DNA of 45,268 bases from Kiloniellales bacterium (GCA_036444495.1 JAZGBC010000160.1:1-45268), one strand, 5' to 3'; positions 1 to 10,334 are shown, numbered from the stretch's first letter. The notes: generated from the letters alone by a model not told the origin. Numbers and translations: made by a program.

Positions 1-148
1 TGTCGCGGATCGCCGTGGCCGCCTCCTCCAGGGTCTCCAGGCGCCGGGTAACGAATTCATGGGGCAGGCGGGTCTGGTCGATGATCTCCACGCCCCAGCC
101 GTCCCCGGCAAGCCAGATACTGCGATAAGCCTGCGCGCCCACTTTCAT
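1..148 (-). CDS. mtnA: methylthioribose-1-phosphate isomerase, 5' fragment (gene continues past the left window edge)
   Basis: Reverse-strand ATG at 146-148. Translation MKVGAQAYRSIWLAGDGWGVEIIDQTRLPHEFVTRRLETLEEAATAIRD has the MtnA/eIF-2B-like N-terminus (IDQT.LP motif). It starts 10 nt after the mtnP stop, consistent with an mtnP-mtnA operon. Confidence 0.75.
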   Translation of the reverse strand, partial: MKVGAQAYRSIWLAGDGWGVEIIDQTRLPHEFVTRRLETLEEAATAIRD

Positions 149-158
149 GGCTCTCGCC

Positions 159-1046
159 TCACCCGCCCAGAACCCGCCCCGCCACGGCGTCGAGCCGGGC
201 GATCATCGCGGGATCGCGCGCGTCCGGTGACGTGATGAGCGCGTTGTCCAGCGCCCGGTGGCAGCCGGCGGAACAGGATTGGGCACGGCCGGCGAGCCTA
301 GGCGCCACCTGCTTGACCAGCGCGCGGGCCTTTTCCGCGTTGTCCATCAACACCTGGATGATCTGCTCCACGCTGACGTGGTCGTGGTCCTCGTGCCAGC
401 AGTCGTAATCGGTCACCATCGCGACCGTGGCGTAGCAAATCTCCGCCTCGCGGGCGAGCTTGGCTTCGGGCATGTTGGTCATGCCGATGACATCGCAGCC
501 CCAGGAGCGGTAGAGTTCGGATTCCGCCTTGGTGGAGAACTGCGGCCCCTCCATGACCAGATAGGTCCCGCCGCGCCGGGCCGAGAGCCCCGCCGCGCGC
601 GCCGCTTCCGCCAACTGCTCACCCAGACGATCGCAGACCGGGTGCCCCATGCCCACGTGGGCCACCAGCCCGGTATCGAAGAAACTCTTCGCGCGCGCGA
701 AGGTGCGGTCGATGAACTGATCGATAATGACGAAGTCACCGGGCGCCAGCTCCTCCTTGAGCGAGCCCACGGCACTCACCGAGATGATCTCGGTGACGCC
801 CGCGCGCTTCATGGCGTCGATGTTGGCCCGGTAGTTGAGCTTGGTGGGCGGCACCTTGTGTCCGCGCCCGTGGCGCGGCAGGAAGACCATGGCCTGTCCG
901 TCGAGTTCGCCGAACAGCAACTCGTCCGAGGGCGCGCCGAAAGGCGAGTCCACATGGCGCCACTCGGTCTTTTCGAGACCCGCGATGTCGTAGACTCCGC
1001 TGCCGCCGATCACGCCGATCACCGGCGGGGTGCCCGGCTCGCTCAT
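159..1046 (-). CDS. mtnP: S-methyl-5'-thioadenosine phosphorylase
   Basis: 295-aa ORF. N-terminal IGVIGGSGVY, then FLPRHGRGH, MTNMPEAKLAREAEICYA and a DYDCW block, typical of MTAP/PNP family 2. Confidence 0.9.
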   Translation of the reverse strand: MSEPGTPPVIGVIGGSGVYDIAGLEKTEWRHVDSPFGAPSDELLFGELDGQAMVFLPRHGRGHKVPPTKLNYRANIDAMKRAGVTEIISVSAVGSLKEELAPGDFVIIDQFIDRTFARAKSFFDTGLVAHVGMGHPVCDRLGEQLAEAARAAGLSARRGGTYLVMEGPQFSTKAESELYRSWGCDVIGMTNMPEAKLAREAEICYATVAMVTDYDCWHEDHDHVSVEQIIQVLMDNAEKARALVKQVAPRLAGRAQSCSAGCHRALDNALITSPDARDPAMIARLDAVAGRVLGG

Positions 1047-1231
1047 GCCCGCTCCTTCCCCAATCGGCCCTCACCGGGCCGGTCTTCCGGGTGTACTCGA
1101 CACCGCGGCAGATGCCAAGGGCGGGAGCCGTAAAACGGCTCCAGAACTGACGAGATCACAGGATCGGTAACCATTTCTTGACTTCCGCCGAATAGTTGAT
1201 TCTGTTCCGCCATAGAAACGGGGGACGGACC

Positions 1232-1765
1232 ATGATGCACAAGCTTCACACGGTGGGATACGAACGCGCTAGTGTCGAGGACTTCATCGCGACACTGCGT
1301 AAAGCCAGAGTCAGTTGCGTGATAGATGTCAGAGCTGTTCCGGTGTCGCGCAAACGAGGTTTCTCAAAGAACATCCTCCGCACATCCTTGGAGGAACAGG
1401 GCATCGAATACCTGCACATCTCCGCTTTAGGCGATCCCAAACCCGGTCGTGAGGCAGCGAAGGCGGGTCGATATGCCGAGTTCAGGCGTATCTACAAAGC
1501 GCACCTCCGATTGTCTCAGACCAAGGGAGGGCTGGACCTCGCTGCGCGTGTCGCATCAGAGGTCAGCGCGTGCCTTCTTTGCTTCGAACGCGATCCGGTC
1601 GTTTGTCATCGAACTTTAGTGGCCGAGAAGGTATCATTCCTAACCGGGCTCGAAGTGAAGCATTTGACGGTTATAGAGGGGGCGGGAGCAGATCGGCACC
1701 GTGCAGTCAGAAGAAGCGCTCATCCTCGTCTTGGCCGTTCCCCGGCCCAGCCAGAGGCACGGTGA
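1232..1765 (+). CDS. DUF488 family protein
   Basis: MMHKLHTVGYE...DVR..P.SRKRGFSK..L...L...GI.Y.H...LG and a CFERDP..CHR block are the hallmark DUF488 (YeaO-like) motifs. I prefer the ATG at 1232 (preceded by GGGGGA) over the TTG at 1196 in the ORF track. The 3' end overlaps the next ORF. Confidence 0.7.
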   Translation: MMHKLHTVGYERASVEDFIATLRKARVSCVIDVRAVPVSRKRGFSKNILRTSLEEQGIEYLHISALGDPKPGREAAKAGRYAEFRRIYKAHLRLSQTKGGLDLAARVASEVSACLLCFERDPVVCHRTLVAEKVSFLTGLEVKHLTVIEGAGADRHRAVRRSAHPRLGRSPAQPEAR

Positions 1766-2450
1766 AACGGTCTGCTGCGCCGGAGTTACGATCGAGCGTA
1801 AATGGCGCCGACTATACCCCGTCCGATTCCGCCAACTAGGGGAAAACAGATTTAGCCGAGCGCAGTGGGTCCGCTACTCATGGCGACCACCCACGTCAGA
1901 CCGGCGACATGAAAGTCGACACGTCTTCGAGGAAAGTCTCTCGCCCGGTAGAAAGATACCCGAGCGTGAGCGCGCAGAATTTCTGGAGCCGCTAATTGTC
2001 GGCAGTGTCCGCGAAGCCATGGATCGAGGCGACTCGCTGACACTCATCCGGCCGCGCGAAGCAAAGTTTAGTTGGAAGAAGAAATCTCCACAGGCAATTG
2101 AACTGGAGCGGACGGGATATGCGTCCGTCGCTAAGCAAAAGTCCTTCTTTGACAAGGGACTGGCAGCTCTTGAGCCGTCGCCATTCGAGTTTCGACTGCG
2201 GTTTCTTGATGAGGATGGCGAGCACAATCATTCTTGTTCGGACTGGGAAACAACGGCCGCTTTCTGGAATCTTAGTAAGAAATACGGACCCGATCATGCC
2301 CTGGCTCACCTAGACAACATGTACAACACCATTTATCGAGAGAAAGGCATGATCTTGGCGCTTGGAACGATGGCGAAGCGCCCCAAGACATGGCTCCTGC
2401 TCGGTGTAATCCGCCTTGATCAGCCGAGCGGTCCCCGGCTAATTCCCTAA
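1701..2450 (+). CDS. hypothetical protein, no family recognised (249 aa)
   Basis: Long ORF in a region of visibly lower GC, with protein-like amino-acid composition unlike the Arg/Pro/Gly-rich shadow ORFs elsewhere. GTG start at 1701 (alternative TTG at 1731). Either start overlaps the DUF488 ORF end, which suggests translational coupling. A hairpin terminator follows. Confidence 0.55.
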   Translation: MQSEEALILVLAVPRPSQRHGETVCCAGVTIERKWRRLYPVRFRQLGENRFSRAQWVRYSWRPPTSDRRHESRHVFEESLSPGRKIPERERAEFLEPLIVGSVREAMDRGDSLTLIRPREAKFSWKKKSPQAIELERTGYASVAKQKSFFDKGLAALEPSPFEFRLRFLDEDGEHNHSCSDWETTAAFWNLSKKYGPDHALAHLDNMYNTIYREKGMILALGTMAKRPKTWLLLGVIRLDQPSGPRLIP

Positions 2451-2490
2451 AGCGCTTGCATCGCTCATTTGAACCCTGACAGAAGGGCCA

Positions 2491-2525
2491 AGAGAAAAGG
2501 CCGCCCGATGCGGGCGGCCTCGTTT
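2491..2525. terminator. rho-independent terminator-like hairpin shared by convergent genes
   Basis: Perfect 9-bp GC stem GGCCGCCCG (2499-2507) / CGGGCGGCC (2511-2519). On the minus strand it is followed by TTTTCTCT (petC side), on the plus strand by TCGTTTC. Confidence 0.6.
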
Positions 2526-2549
2526 CAGTGGTTCGGTGTCTCCGCCCGC

Positions 2550-3308
2550 TCAGTGCAGATCGGCCCAGACCTTGCGCTTGGCGGCGTAGAGCAGGGCGGT
2601 GAAGACCAGCAGGAAGATGATGACCCCGCGTCCCATGCGGATGCGTTCCTCCAGGTTCGGCTCGGCCGCCCACATGAGGAAGTTGGAGACATCCGCGGCC
2701 AACTGCTCGGCCGTGGCCGCCGTGCCGTCGCCGTATTCCACGTCGTCGCCGAAAAACGGCTGGGGCATGGCAACCTGGCCGCCCGGGAAGTAGCCGTTGT
2801 AGCTGGTTCCCTCGAGCAGCTCGACGCCCTCCGGCGGCTCCTCGTAACCGATCAGGAACGCGTGAAGATAGTCCGGCCCCCCCTTGCGCGCCTTGGCGAT
2901 CAGCGAGAGGTCGGGCGGCACCGCGCCGTTGTTGGCCGCGGCCGCCGCCTTGTCGTTCGGGAAGGGCGACGGGAAGCGGTCCGAGGGGATGGCCGCGCGC
3001 TCGAACATCTCGCCCTCGTCGTTGGGGCCGTCCACGACCGTGTATTCGGCGGCGAAGGCCTTGATCTCCTCTTCGCCGTAACCGAGGTCCGCCAGATTCC
3101 GGAAAGCGATCAGGCGCAGGGAGTGGCAACCCGCGCAAATCTCGCGGTAGACCTGGAAGCCGCGCTGCAGCGCCGCCCGGTCGAAGGTACCGAAGACCCC
3201 GGAGAAGGACCAGTCGCGCGCCGAGATTTCCTTGCCTTCGGCGGCCACGGCGGCGCCCGCATGAAGGGTGATGATCGCGGCAGCGGCGCTGATTATGAGC
3301 CTCTTCAT
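2550..3308 (-). CDS. petC: cytochrome c1 of the ubiquinol-cytochrome c reductase (bc1) complex
   Basis: 252 aa starting at MKRLIIS (signal peptide). Haem motif CAGCHS, PPDLSLI block and a C-terminal TM anchor. Only this C-terminal part of the 638-aa track ORF is real. The ATGA overlap with the petB stop fixes the start at 3308. Confidence 0.9.
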   Translation of the reverse strand: MKRLIISAAAAIITLHAGAAVAAEGKEISARDWSFSGVFGTFDRAALQRGFQVYREICAGCHSLRLIAFRNLADLGYGEEEIKAFAAEYTVVDGPNDEGEMFERAAIPSDRFPSPFPNDKAAAAANNGAVPPDLSLIAKARKGGPDYLHAFLIGYEEPPEGVELLEGTSYNGYFPGGQVAMPQPFFGDDVEYGDGTAATAEQLAADVSNFLMWAAEPNLEERIRMGRGVIIFLLVFTALLYAAKRKVWADLH

Positions 3309-4615
3309 CGCGCCTTCTCCATCGGCTTGGCCGCGGCGCCTGCGGGCGTGCCACCGCCTTTCAGGACCGGCTCGCTGATGGAGCTCGGCAAGGGCCTCGG
3401 CCGCTCGAAGAAGGAGAGCAGCGGCAGCAGGATGAGGAAATGGAAGAAATAGTAGGCCGTGGCCGCCTGGCCGAAATAGAGGTAGGGCGGCTCGGCCGGG
3501 TTGGCGCCGACCCAGCCCAGCACCACGCAGTCGGCCAGCAGGATCCAGAAGAACTGCTTGTAGATCGGGCGGAACTTGGCGCTGCGCACCGGCGAGCGGT
3601 CCAGCCAGGGAATGACAAAGAGGATCAGGACCGAGCCGAACATGAGTAACACGCCGATCAGCTTGGCCGAGAGGAACCAGATGTCGAAGGTGACCGAGCG
3701 CAGGATCGCGTAATAGGGCAGGAAGTACCACTCGGGCACGATGTGCGCCGGGGTCACCAGCGGGTTGGCCGGGATGTAGTTTTCGGGCTCGGCCATGAGG
3801 TTCGGCGCGAAGAACACGACCGCCGTGAAGAGCAGCAGGAACACGCCGACGCCATAGGCGTCCTTCGCCGTGTAGTAGGGATGGAAGGGGATCGTGTCCT
3901 GCGGCCCCTTGGTGTCGATGCCGAGGGGATTGTTCGAGCCGAAGCGGTGCAGCGCCCAGATATGCAGGAGCACCACGCCGACGATCACGAAAGGTATAAG
4001 GTAATGCAGGGCGTAGAAGCGGTTGAGCGTCGGGTTGTCCACCGCGAAGCCGCCCCACAGCCAGGTCACGATCCAATCCCCGACGAGCGGTATGGCCGAG
4101 AAGAGGTTGGTGATCACCGTGGCGGCCCAGTAGCTCATCTGCCCCCAGGGCAGCACGTAGCCGGTGAAAGCGCCCATCATCATGAGCACGAGGAGGGCCA
4201 CGCCGAGTATCCACAGGAGTTCGCGCGGCTCCTTGTAGGAGCCGTAGTAGAGGCCCCGGAAAACGTGGATGTAGACCACGATGAAGAAGAACGAGCCCCC
4301 ATTCGTGTGCAGGTAGCGCAGCAGCCAGCCGTAATTCACGTCGCGCATGATGCGCTCGACCGAATCGAAGGCGTAATCCACGTGCGGGGTGTACTGCATG
4401 GCCAGCATGATGCCGGTCATGATCATGATCACCAGCGCCAAGCCGGCCAGCGAGCCGAAGTTCCACCAGTAGCTAAGGTTGCGCGGGGACGGATAGCCCC
4501 TGCCCACCGCATGGTCGATGAAGGAGAAGATCGGAAGCCTGTACTCGATCCACTTGATCGTGCCGCCAACCATCCTCACGAGGGGGTTGTTCGCTTTGCC
4601 GTCGCTCATGCTCAT
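3305..4615 (-). CDS. petB: cytochrome b
   Basis: 436 aa with the canonical cytochrome b sequence ([31 protein letters not shown]). Confidence 0.95.
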   Translation of the reverse strand: MSMSDGKANNPLVRMVGGTIKWIEYRLPIFSFIDHAVGRGYPSPRNLSYWWNFGSLAGLALVIMIMTGIMLAMQYTPHVDYAFDSVERIMRDVNYGWLLRYLHTNGGSFFFIVVYIHVFRGLYYGSYKEPRELLWILGVALLVLMMMGAFTGYVLPWGQMSYWAATVITNLFSAIPLVGDWIVTWLWGGFAVDNPTLNRFYALHYLIPFVIVGVVLLHIWALHRFGSNNPLGIDTKGPQDTIPFHPYYTAKDAYGVGVFLLLFTAVVFFAPNLMAEPENYIPANPLVTPAHIVPEWYFLPYYAILRSVTFDIWFLSAKLIGVLLMFGSVLILFVIPWLDRSPVRSAKFRPIYKQFFWILLADCVVLGWVGANPAEPPYLYFGQAATAYYFFHFLILLPLLSFFERPRPLPSSISEPVLKGGGTPAGAAAKPMEKAR

Positions 4616-4621
4616 TCCCCC

Positions 4622-5170
4622 CTAGCCGATCCTGATGACGTTGCCGTCGAGAAATTCGTAGGGCGGGATATCCAGGTTCCTGGGCGCCGGGCCCTTGCGA
4701 ATTCGCCCCGAGGTGTCGTAGTGCGAGCCGTGGCACGGGCAGAACCAGCCGCCGAACTCGCCCTTCGGGTCGCCGGCGCGCTGGCCCTTGGGGATGCAGC
4801 CCAGATGCGTGCAGATGCCGACCATGACCAGCCACTCCGGCTTCTGTACTCGGTCCTTGTCGGACTCGGGATCGGGCAGATCGTCCAAGGCGACCTTACC
4901 GGCGTCCTCAATCTCCTCCGGCGTCCGGCGGCGGATGAAAACCGGCTTGCCCTGCCAGACCACGGTGATCGCCATGCCCTCCTCGATCGGCGAGAGGTCC
5001 ACCTCGGTCGAGGACAGCGCCAGCACCTCCGCCGAAGGATTCATGGAGTGGATAAACGGCCAAGCCACGATCCCCGTGCCGATGGCGCCCATGGCGCCGG
5101 TCAGCAGGTAGAGGAAATCGCGCCGCGCCTCGCCGTCTCCCAAATGACCGGGATTCGCGCTGTCTGCCAT
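4622..5170 (-). CDS. petA: Rieske iron-sulfur subunit of the bc1 complex
   Basis: 182 aa from MADSANP. Tat-like RRDFL, and the Rieske boxes CTHLGC and CPCHGS. The upstream extension of the track ORF is rejected. Confidence 0.9.
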   Translation of the reverse strand: MADSANPGHLGDGEARRDFLYLLTGAMGAIGTGIVAWPFIHSMNPSAEVLALSSTEVDLSPIEEGMAITVVWQGKPVFIRRRTPEEIEDAGKVALDDLPDPESDKDRVQKPEWLVMVGICTHLGCIPKGQRAGDPKGEFGGWFCPCHGSHYDTSGRIRKGPAPRNLDIPPYEFLDGNVIRIG

Positions 5171-5330
5171 CTTTGTCGTTCCCCTATGGTCCAGGATGCG
5201 GAGGCCCCGGCTTCGCGTTGTCCCCAGCGACCTCTTGCGGGCCCCGCTTGTGTCGCAGCACGCATATAGAGGAAAATTTCCGCGAAGGCAAAGCCCGAAG
5301 CCGCACTTTTCAAGGACGGAATTCCCTACT

Positions 5331-5789
5331 ATGCGCCTGGCCCTTTTTGAACCCGACATCCCACAGAACGCAGGCGCGATCCTGCGCCTGGGCGCCTGCC
5401 TGGGCCTGCCCGTGGACATCATCGAGCCCTGCGGATTCCTGTTTGACGACAAGCGCTTGCGCCGGGCCGGTATGGATTACCTGGACCAGGTGGAGATGAC
5501 CCGGCACGATTCCTGGGCCGCCTACGCGCGCGCCCGGACCGGCCGGCTTCTGCTGCTGACCACCAAAGGCCGCACGCGCTATACGGACTTCGCCTTTCGC
5601 GCGGACGACACCCTGCTGCTCGGCCGCGAGAGCGCGGGCGTGCCAGAAGAAGTGCATGCCGCCGCCGATGCGCGCCTGGTGATCCCGCTGCGGCCCGAGG
5701 CGCGATCCCTTAATGTCGCGCTGGCCGCGGCCATGGTATTGAGTGAGGCCCTGAGACAAACCGAGTCGTTCCCGGACACTGCCCCATGA
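5331..5789 (+). CDS. trmL: SpoU/TrmL-type tRNA 2'-O-methyltransferase
   Basis: [19 protein letters not shown]...[11 protein letters not shown]...IP......SLNVA..A.. matches the TrmL (YibK) pattern. ATG at 5331. The length of about 152 aa is typical. Confidence 0.8.
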   Translation: MRLALFEPDIPQNAGAILRLGACLGLPVDIIEPCGFLFDDKRLRRAGMDYLDQVEMTRHDSWAAYARARTGRLLLLTTKGRTRYTDFAFRADDTLLLGRESAGVPEEVHAAADARLVIPLRPEARSLNVALAAAMVLSEALRQTESFPDTAP

Positions 5790-6682
5790 GCCCATCGACC
5801 GACGAACAGAAAGCCCGCGCCACGGCTTGGTTCGAGGAGCTGCGCGACAGGATCTGCGCCGCCTTCGAGGGCCTGGAAGACGCCCTCGGCGAGAAGATCG
5901 CCGACGGCCTGCCTATCGCCGCCGAGCTGCGCGATACCCCCCCCGGTCGTTTCGAGCGCAAGGCCTGGAGCCGCGTGGAAGGCGACTCGGCCCAAGGCGG
6001 CGGCGGGGTCATGTCCGTCATGCGCGGCCGCCTGTTCGAGAAGGTGGGGGTCAACGTCTCCGCAGTCTTCGGCGAGTTCACGCCCGAATTCGCCAAGCAA
6101 ATCCCGGGTGCCGAGGAGGACCCGCGCTACTGGGCCGGCGGCATCTCGCTGGTCGCCCACCTGCGCTCGCCGCTCGTGCCCGCGGTGCATATGAACACGC
6201 GCCACATCAACACCACCAAGGGCTGGTTCGGCGGCGGGGCGGACCTCACGCCCATGTTCCCGGACGAGGCCGACACGGCGGCCTTCCATGCCGCCTTCAA
6301 GGCCGCTTGCGACAAGCACGACCCGGAGTACCACCAGCGCTTCAAGGACTGGTGCGACGAATATTTCTACCTCAAGCACCGGGAGGAGCCGCGCGGGGTG
6401 GGCGGCATCTTCTACGACTACGTGGATACGGGGGACTGGGAGGCGGATTTCGCCTTCACCCGCAACGTGGGGCTCGCGTTCCTGGAGACCTACCCCAAGA
6501 TCGCGGCCCGCCACATGGCCGAACCCTGGAGCGAGGAACAGCGGCAGGTTCAGTTGGTCAAGCGCGGGCGCTACGTGGAGTTCAACCTGCTCTACGACCG
6601 GGGCACCATCTTCGGCCTCAAGACCGGCGGCAACGTGGAGGCGATCCTCATGTCGCTGCCGCCCGCGGTGGCCTGGCCTTAG
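5786..6682 (+). CDS. hemF: oxygen-dependent coproporphyrinogen III oxidase
   Basis: 298 aa with conserved HemF blocks ([41 protein letters not shown]). ATGA overlap with trmL. Confidence 0.9.
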   Translation: MSPSTDEQKARATAWFEELRDRICAAFEGLEDALGEKIADGLPIAAELRDTPPGRFERKAWSRVEGDSAQGGGGVMSVMRGRLFEKVGVNVSAVFGEFTPEFAKQIPGAEEDPRYWAGGISLVAHLRSPLVPAVHMNTRHINTTKGWFGGGADLTPMFPDEADTAAFHAAFKAACDKHDPEYHQRFKDWCDEYFYLKHREEPRGVGGIFYDYVDTGDWEADFAFTRNVGLAFLETYPKIAARHMAEPWSEEQRQVQLVKRGRYVEFNLLYDRGTIFGLKTGGNVEAILMSLPPAVAWP

Positions 6683-6694
6683 GCGCCCCTACCC

Positions 6695-7009
6695 CTATCC
6701 TTCCACAATATCGTTGATCCAGGAGAGCGCGGCCATGGCGGCGGGGAAGCCGAGCGTGGTGATGGCCAGCGCCGCCACCTGACGCAGCTCCTCGGGCGCG
6801 ATCCCCTCGTCACGGGCCTGGCGCGTGTGGGAGTGCACCGCGCCCTCCGAGCGCGCGCCGATGGACAGCGCCAGCTTGATCAGGCGCCGGCTGTGCGTAT
6901 CCAGTGGCCCCGATTCGGCCGCGGCCTTGCCCAGGGCTGCGTAGGCCTCCCAGGCTTGCGGGAATTGCTCGGCGAAAACGCCGGCGCCGGAGGGAGGAAG
7001 CTTGCTCAT
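6695..7009 (-). CDS. carboxymuconolactone decarboxylase (AhpD-like) family protein
   Basis: 104 aa. Small CMD-domain pattern (LD...R.LI.LA......S.GAV.SH...A...G...EEL..V). Confidence 0.7.
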   Translation of the reverse strand: MSKLPPSGAGVFAEQFPQAWEAYAALGKAAAESGPLDTHSRRLIKLALSIGARSEGAVHSHTRQARDEGIAPEELRQVAALAITTLGFPAAMAALSWINDIVEG

Positions 7010-7120
7010 GAGACTCTCCTGCTTGTCTTCGGGTTCGGGTTAGGGATCTCTCACACGGGCGAATGACCGGGCCACGGACTATCCGAAATACCCGACCGCT
7101 GAAAGGGAAATTAGCGGATT

Positions 7121-7795
7121 TCAGTGGGGGCTGGGATCGGCGCCGTTGCCGACGCGGCGCGTGACGTCCTGGTGCTCGGTCTCGATGAAGTCCCGGGTGA
7201 GCGCGGCAAGCTCCCGGTAGAAGGGCGAGTCCGTCTCGGCGAGCACGCGCTCACAGAAGGCGGGCGTCCAGCCGGCAAGATGCTGGTGCAGGAAATCACG
7301 CTCGATCTGCAAGCAGCGGCGCGCCTCTGCCTCATCGCCCTCGGCCCAGGCCAGGGCCTCGCGCCGGGTCAGTTCCTGCATCAGCTCCAGTTCCACACTG
7401 ATATGGTCCGGCAGGCCGTGGTAATCGGGGTCGTAGGCAAATCCGCAACGCCTGACGAAGGCGACGGTCTCGCTGGCCGCCTGACCGCAGAGCGTGCCCT
7501 CGCGCTGTACGCTCTCGTAGGGTGGGATGTGCTTGCCCGGCCCGATGAAGAGACGCGTGTATTCAACCGCCAGATCGTCGGCAAGTTCCTCGGGCGGTCT
7601 ATCGAGATAGCCGGGCTCGAAACGCACCCCCGCGTCCTTGAGCGATGCAAGCACGTTCTCGTCGCGGATGCGCCGCAGGAGCTCGGGAGTGGGTTCGGCG
7701 CGATGGATCGTGGCCAGGAAGCCGTAGAGGTTGCTGCGCTCTTCGGCGTTCCTGGCCAACTCGCGGGCCGTATCAGGGGTTCCCTGCGCGCTCAT
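7121..7795 (-). CDS. TorD/DmsD-family molybdoenzyme maturation chaperone
   Basis: 224 aa from MSAQGTP. YTRLFIGPG...PYESV and LPDHISVELE.M blocks are typical of TorD-like chaperones. It starts 2 nt after the stop of the catalytic-subunit gene. Confidence 0.75.
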   Translation of the reverse strand: MSAQGTPDTARELARNAEERSNLYGFLATIHRAEPTPELLRRIRDENVLASLKDAGVRFEPGYLDRPPEELADDLAVEYTRLFIGPGKHIPPYESVQREGTLCGQAASETVAFVRRCGFAYDPDYHGLPDHISVELELMQELTRREALAWAEGDEAEARRCLQIERDFLHQHLAGWTPAFCERVLAETDSPFYRELAALTRDFIETEHQDVTRRVGNGADPSPH

Positions 7796-7796
7796 T

Positions 7797-10334
7797 TCAG
7801 ACCACCAGGGCCTTGGATACCTGGACCACCGTGTCCATCCAGCGCTGCTGGCCGCTGATCGGATCCGGGCTGTTCGGAATGATCCAGTTGGGGTGCGCGC
7901 CGAAGTTGGTCCACCACTGGCCGTCATCGCCGACCTCCCCGCTACCGTTCACGGCCTTCTTGCCGGAGGCGTAGCGACCGTACTCCCAGTGCCCGCAGTG
8001 GAAGGAGATCGCCACCACACCCGGAGCGATCGCCGGCGTGACCCGCGCGTGAGTCTCGAGCTTGCCAACCGCCGAGCGCACGATGATGGCGTCCCCGTCC
8101 TCGATATCCCGGGCCGCAGCGGTCTCGGGGTTAATCCAGGCCGGGTTGTCGTGGTAGATTTCGCTCAGCCACTTGCAGTTCTGGGTACGCGAGTGGACCT
8201 GCACGTTGACCTTGTAGGTGGTCAGAATCAGCTCGTCCTCCTTCATGGCCTCGTGCTCGGGGATCGGCTTGTAGCTCGGCAGGGGCGCGAAGCCCTTCTC
8301 CTCCATAATCGTCGAGTAGATCTCGAAGTAGCCCGACTTGTTGACCGCGTCCGGTGGGAAGCACTTGTAGACCGCCGCGCCGATCATCTGGCCCACATAG
8401 CCCTTGTAGGCCTTCTTGCTGTGGGCGTAGCCCTTGGCGAGCGCCTCTTCCTCGCTCTTGGCCTTGGACTTGTGCCAGTTCCAGTAGACGCCGGTCGCCT
8501 CGTCGAAGACGACGCCGTCCTTGGCCAGATCCTCGGCCTTCACCTTCTTGGCGTAGGAGAAGTATTTCGGCTTGGCCTCGGGGTCGTGCCAGACGCCGTT
8601 GGCCTTCATGTATTCGAAGCCACCGGCCTCCTTGACGCCCGGAGTCTTCTCGCAGGACTCGCGGACGAAGGCCTCCTTGGACTCGATGCCCAGCGGCATG
8701 CCCATGCGCTCCGCCAGGTCGATGCAGACGTCACCGAAGTCCCGCACCTCGCCTAGGGGCTTGATCAGGGGCTGGCGCAGGTAATACTCCGGTACCTGGT
8801 TCGGCGACACCATGTCCTCCCAGTCCCAGCGCTCCAGATACGTGGCGTCGGGCAGGATCATGTCCGCCAGCGAAGAGGACTCGTCGTAGAACGGGCTGAC
8901 CGCGACGGTGAAGGGAAGCAGCTTCTCGTCCTTCAGCACCGCTTCGTTCTCCTTGCAGTCGCCGTTCGAGTAGACCGGCTGATAGCAGTACCACATGTAG
9001 ACCTCGGGCCTGCCGGCACTGCCATCCTTGATCATCCTGAAGATTTGATTGCTGACATGGTGCGTCGGCAGCACCACTTCACCCTTGAAGCCGTCGAGGA
9101 TTTTCAGCTTCTTGGCCTTGGGCTTGTCCTTCGGGCCCTTGGGGTATTTCCACTTGGCGCCCACGGCCTTGCACCGGCCACCGGGGTTGTCGACGTTGCC
9201 GGTGATCGCCGCCAGCGTCTGGATGGCCCGCTCGGTCTCAGCCCCATAGTAGTGCGCGACCGCGCCGCGATAGCTGATCAGGCAGGCCGGACGGGTGGTG
9301 GCAAACTCGCGCGCGATGCGGCGGATCGTCGCGGCGCCGACCCCGCTCACCCCTTCGGCCCATTCGGGCGTGTACTGGGCGAAGTGCGCTTTGAGCGCGG
9401 CCACCTTCTCATCGGTCGTGGCCTCACGCTCGGAGGTCGCCTTGCAGAACTCGAGGAAGGCCTCGCCCGCGCCGCGGTGGAGGTCCTCGCTCATCACTAC
9501 GTTGCACATCGCCAAGACCACGGCCAGGTCGGTGCCCGGCCTGATCGGCACCCATTCCGTCGAGCGCGTCGCGGTGTTCGACAAGCGCACGTCGAAGGTG
9601 ACCATCTTGACCCGCCGGTCGGCGAGCGCCCGGACCAGCCGATGCGCCACCGAGGTATGGTTGGTGTGCGCCTCGAGGCAGTTGGAGCCGAAGTTGAGCA
9701 CGTACTTGGTGTTGTCGAAGTCCCAGTTATCGTAGTGCTTGCCCCAGGTCAGCTCCTGCGCGGTCCACTTGCCGCCCTCGCAGATGCTGGTGTGGTTGCC
9801 GACCGTGCCGGTACCGTAAGTCCCCAGGAAGACGCTCTTGATCAACTTACTCGAGCTCGCCTTCATGCGGCCGTAGTGGAACATGAACTTCTCGGGATGG
9901 CCGTCGTCGCGCAGCTTCTTGAGCCGGCCGGCGACCTCATCCAGCGCCTCGTCCCAGGTAATCCGTTTCCACTTGCCCTCGCCGCGCTTACCGGCGCGCT
10001 GCATGGGATAGAGAATACGGTCGGGATCGTAGACCTGGTTGATGCCCGCCTGGGCTTTGGCGCAGACCAGGCCCTCGGTGCGGATCGAGTTGGGCTGACC
10101 CTCGATCTTGGCCAGGCGGCCGTCCTCCACATAGCCGATGATGGAACAACGGCTGACGCACTGCCAGCAGGCGCTCGGCACCGCCCTGCGCTCCTTGCCG
10201 GTGCGCGGGGAGAAATCCTTGCCGCCCTTGATCCGGGCCTCTTTCGCCTCGGTGAGGGCGCCTGCTCCAACGGTCCCGCCCGTCGCGGCAACAGCAGCGC
10301 CGAGCAGCAGGAAATTACGTCGGTTCAGCATCAT
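7797..10334 (-). CDS. Tat-exported molybdopterin oxidoreductase catalytic subunit (TtrA/PsrA/PhsA-like)
   Basis: 845 aa. Twin-arginine signal MMLNRRNFLLLGAA, N-terminal C-x2-C-x3-C...C [4Fe-4S] motif (CWQCVSRCS), and a probable Cys Mo ligand in HTSICEGG. Confidence 0.85.
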   Translation of the reverse strand: MMLNRRNFLLLGAAVAATGGTVGAGALTEAKEARIKGGKDFSPRTGKERRAVPSACWQCVSRCSIIGYVEDGRLAKIEGQPNSIRTEGLVCAKAQAGINQVYDPDRILYPMQRAGKRGEGKWKRITWDEALDEVAGRLKKLRDDGHPEKFMFHYGRMKASSSKLIKSVFLGTYGTGTVGNHTSICEGGKWTAQELTWGKHYDNWDFDNTKYVLNFGSNCLEAHTNHTSVAHRLVRALADRRVKMVTFDVRLSNTATRSTEWVPIRPGTDLAVVLAMCNVVMSEDLHRGAGEAFLEFCKATSEREATTDEKVAALKAHFAQYTPEWAEGVSGVGAATIRRIAREFATTRPACLISYRGAVAHYYGAETERAIQTLAAITGNVDNPGGRCKAVGAKWKYPKGPKDKPKAKKLKILDGFKGEVVLPTHHVSNQIFRMIKDGSAGRPEVYMWYCYQPVYSNGDCKENEAVLKDEKLLPFTVAVSPFYDESSSLADMILPDATYLERWDWEDMVSPNQVPEYYLRQPLIKPLGEVRDFGDVCIDLAERMGMPLGIESKEAFVRESCEKTPGVKEAGGFEYMKANGVWHDPEAKPKYFSYAKKVKAEDLAKDGVVFDEATGVYWNWHKSKAKSEEEALAKGYAHSKKAYKGYVGQMIGAAVYKCFPPDAVNKSGYFEIYSTIMEEKGFAPLPSYKPIPEHEAMKEDELILTTYKVNVQVHSRTQNCKWLSEIYHDNPAWINPETAAARDIEDGDAIIVRSAVGKLETHARVTPAIAPGVVAISFHCGHWEYGRYASGKKAVNGSGEVGDDGQWWTNFGAHPNWIIPNSPDPISGQQRWMDTVVQVSKALVV

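Noticed and set aside
258-1133. 291-aa plus-strand ORF antisense to mtnP, along with smaller ORFs at 479..775 and 736..1074
   Set aside because: Arg/Gly/Pro/Ala-rich, low-complexity translation typical of shadow ORFs in high-GC DNA. It is fully overlapped by a gene with clear family motifs.
3309-4466. N-terminal 386 aa of the 638-aa track ORF 2550..4466
   Set aside because: This part is an out-of-frame read-through across petB with Arg/Leu/Gly-rich nonsense. The genuine cytochrome c1 starts at MKRLIIS (3308), coupled to the petB stop.
3743-5269. 508-aa plus-strand ORF antisense to petB/petA
   Set aside because: Shadow ORF with His/Arg/Asp/Glu-rich composition and no motifs. The opposite strand encodes unmistakable cytochrome b and Rieske proteins.
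5259-5300. Small dyad GGAAA-A-TTTCC in the petA/trmL divergent region
   Set aside because: It has only 5-bp arms and matches no regulator consensus I can name, so it is likely chance.
5171-5452. Upstream extensions of track ORFs: petA to 5452, BatA_N protein from 17254, EamA to 24177, BKACE to 34079, trmL from 5196, cca to 13537
   Set aside because: The extensions have nonsense-like composition, cross intergenic regions, repeats or neighbouring genes, and internal starts give family-typical N-termini and lengths.
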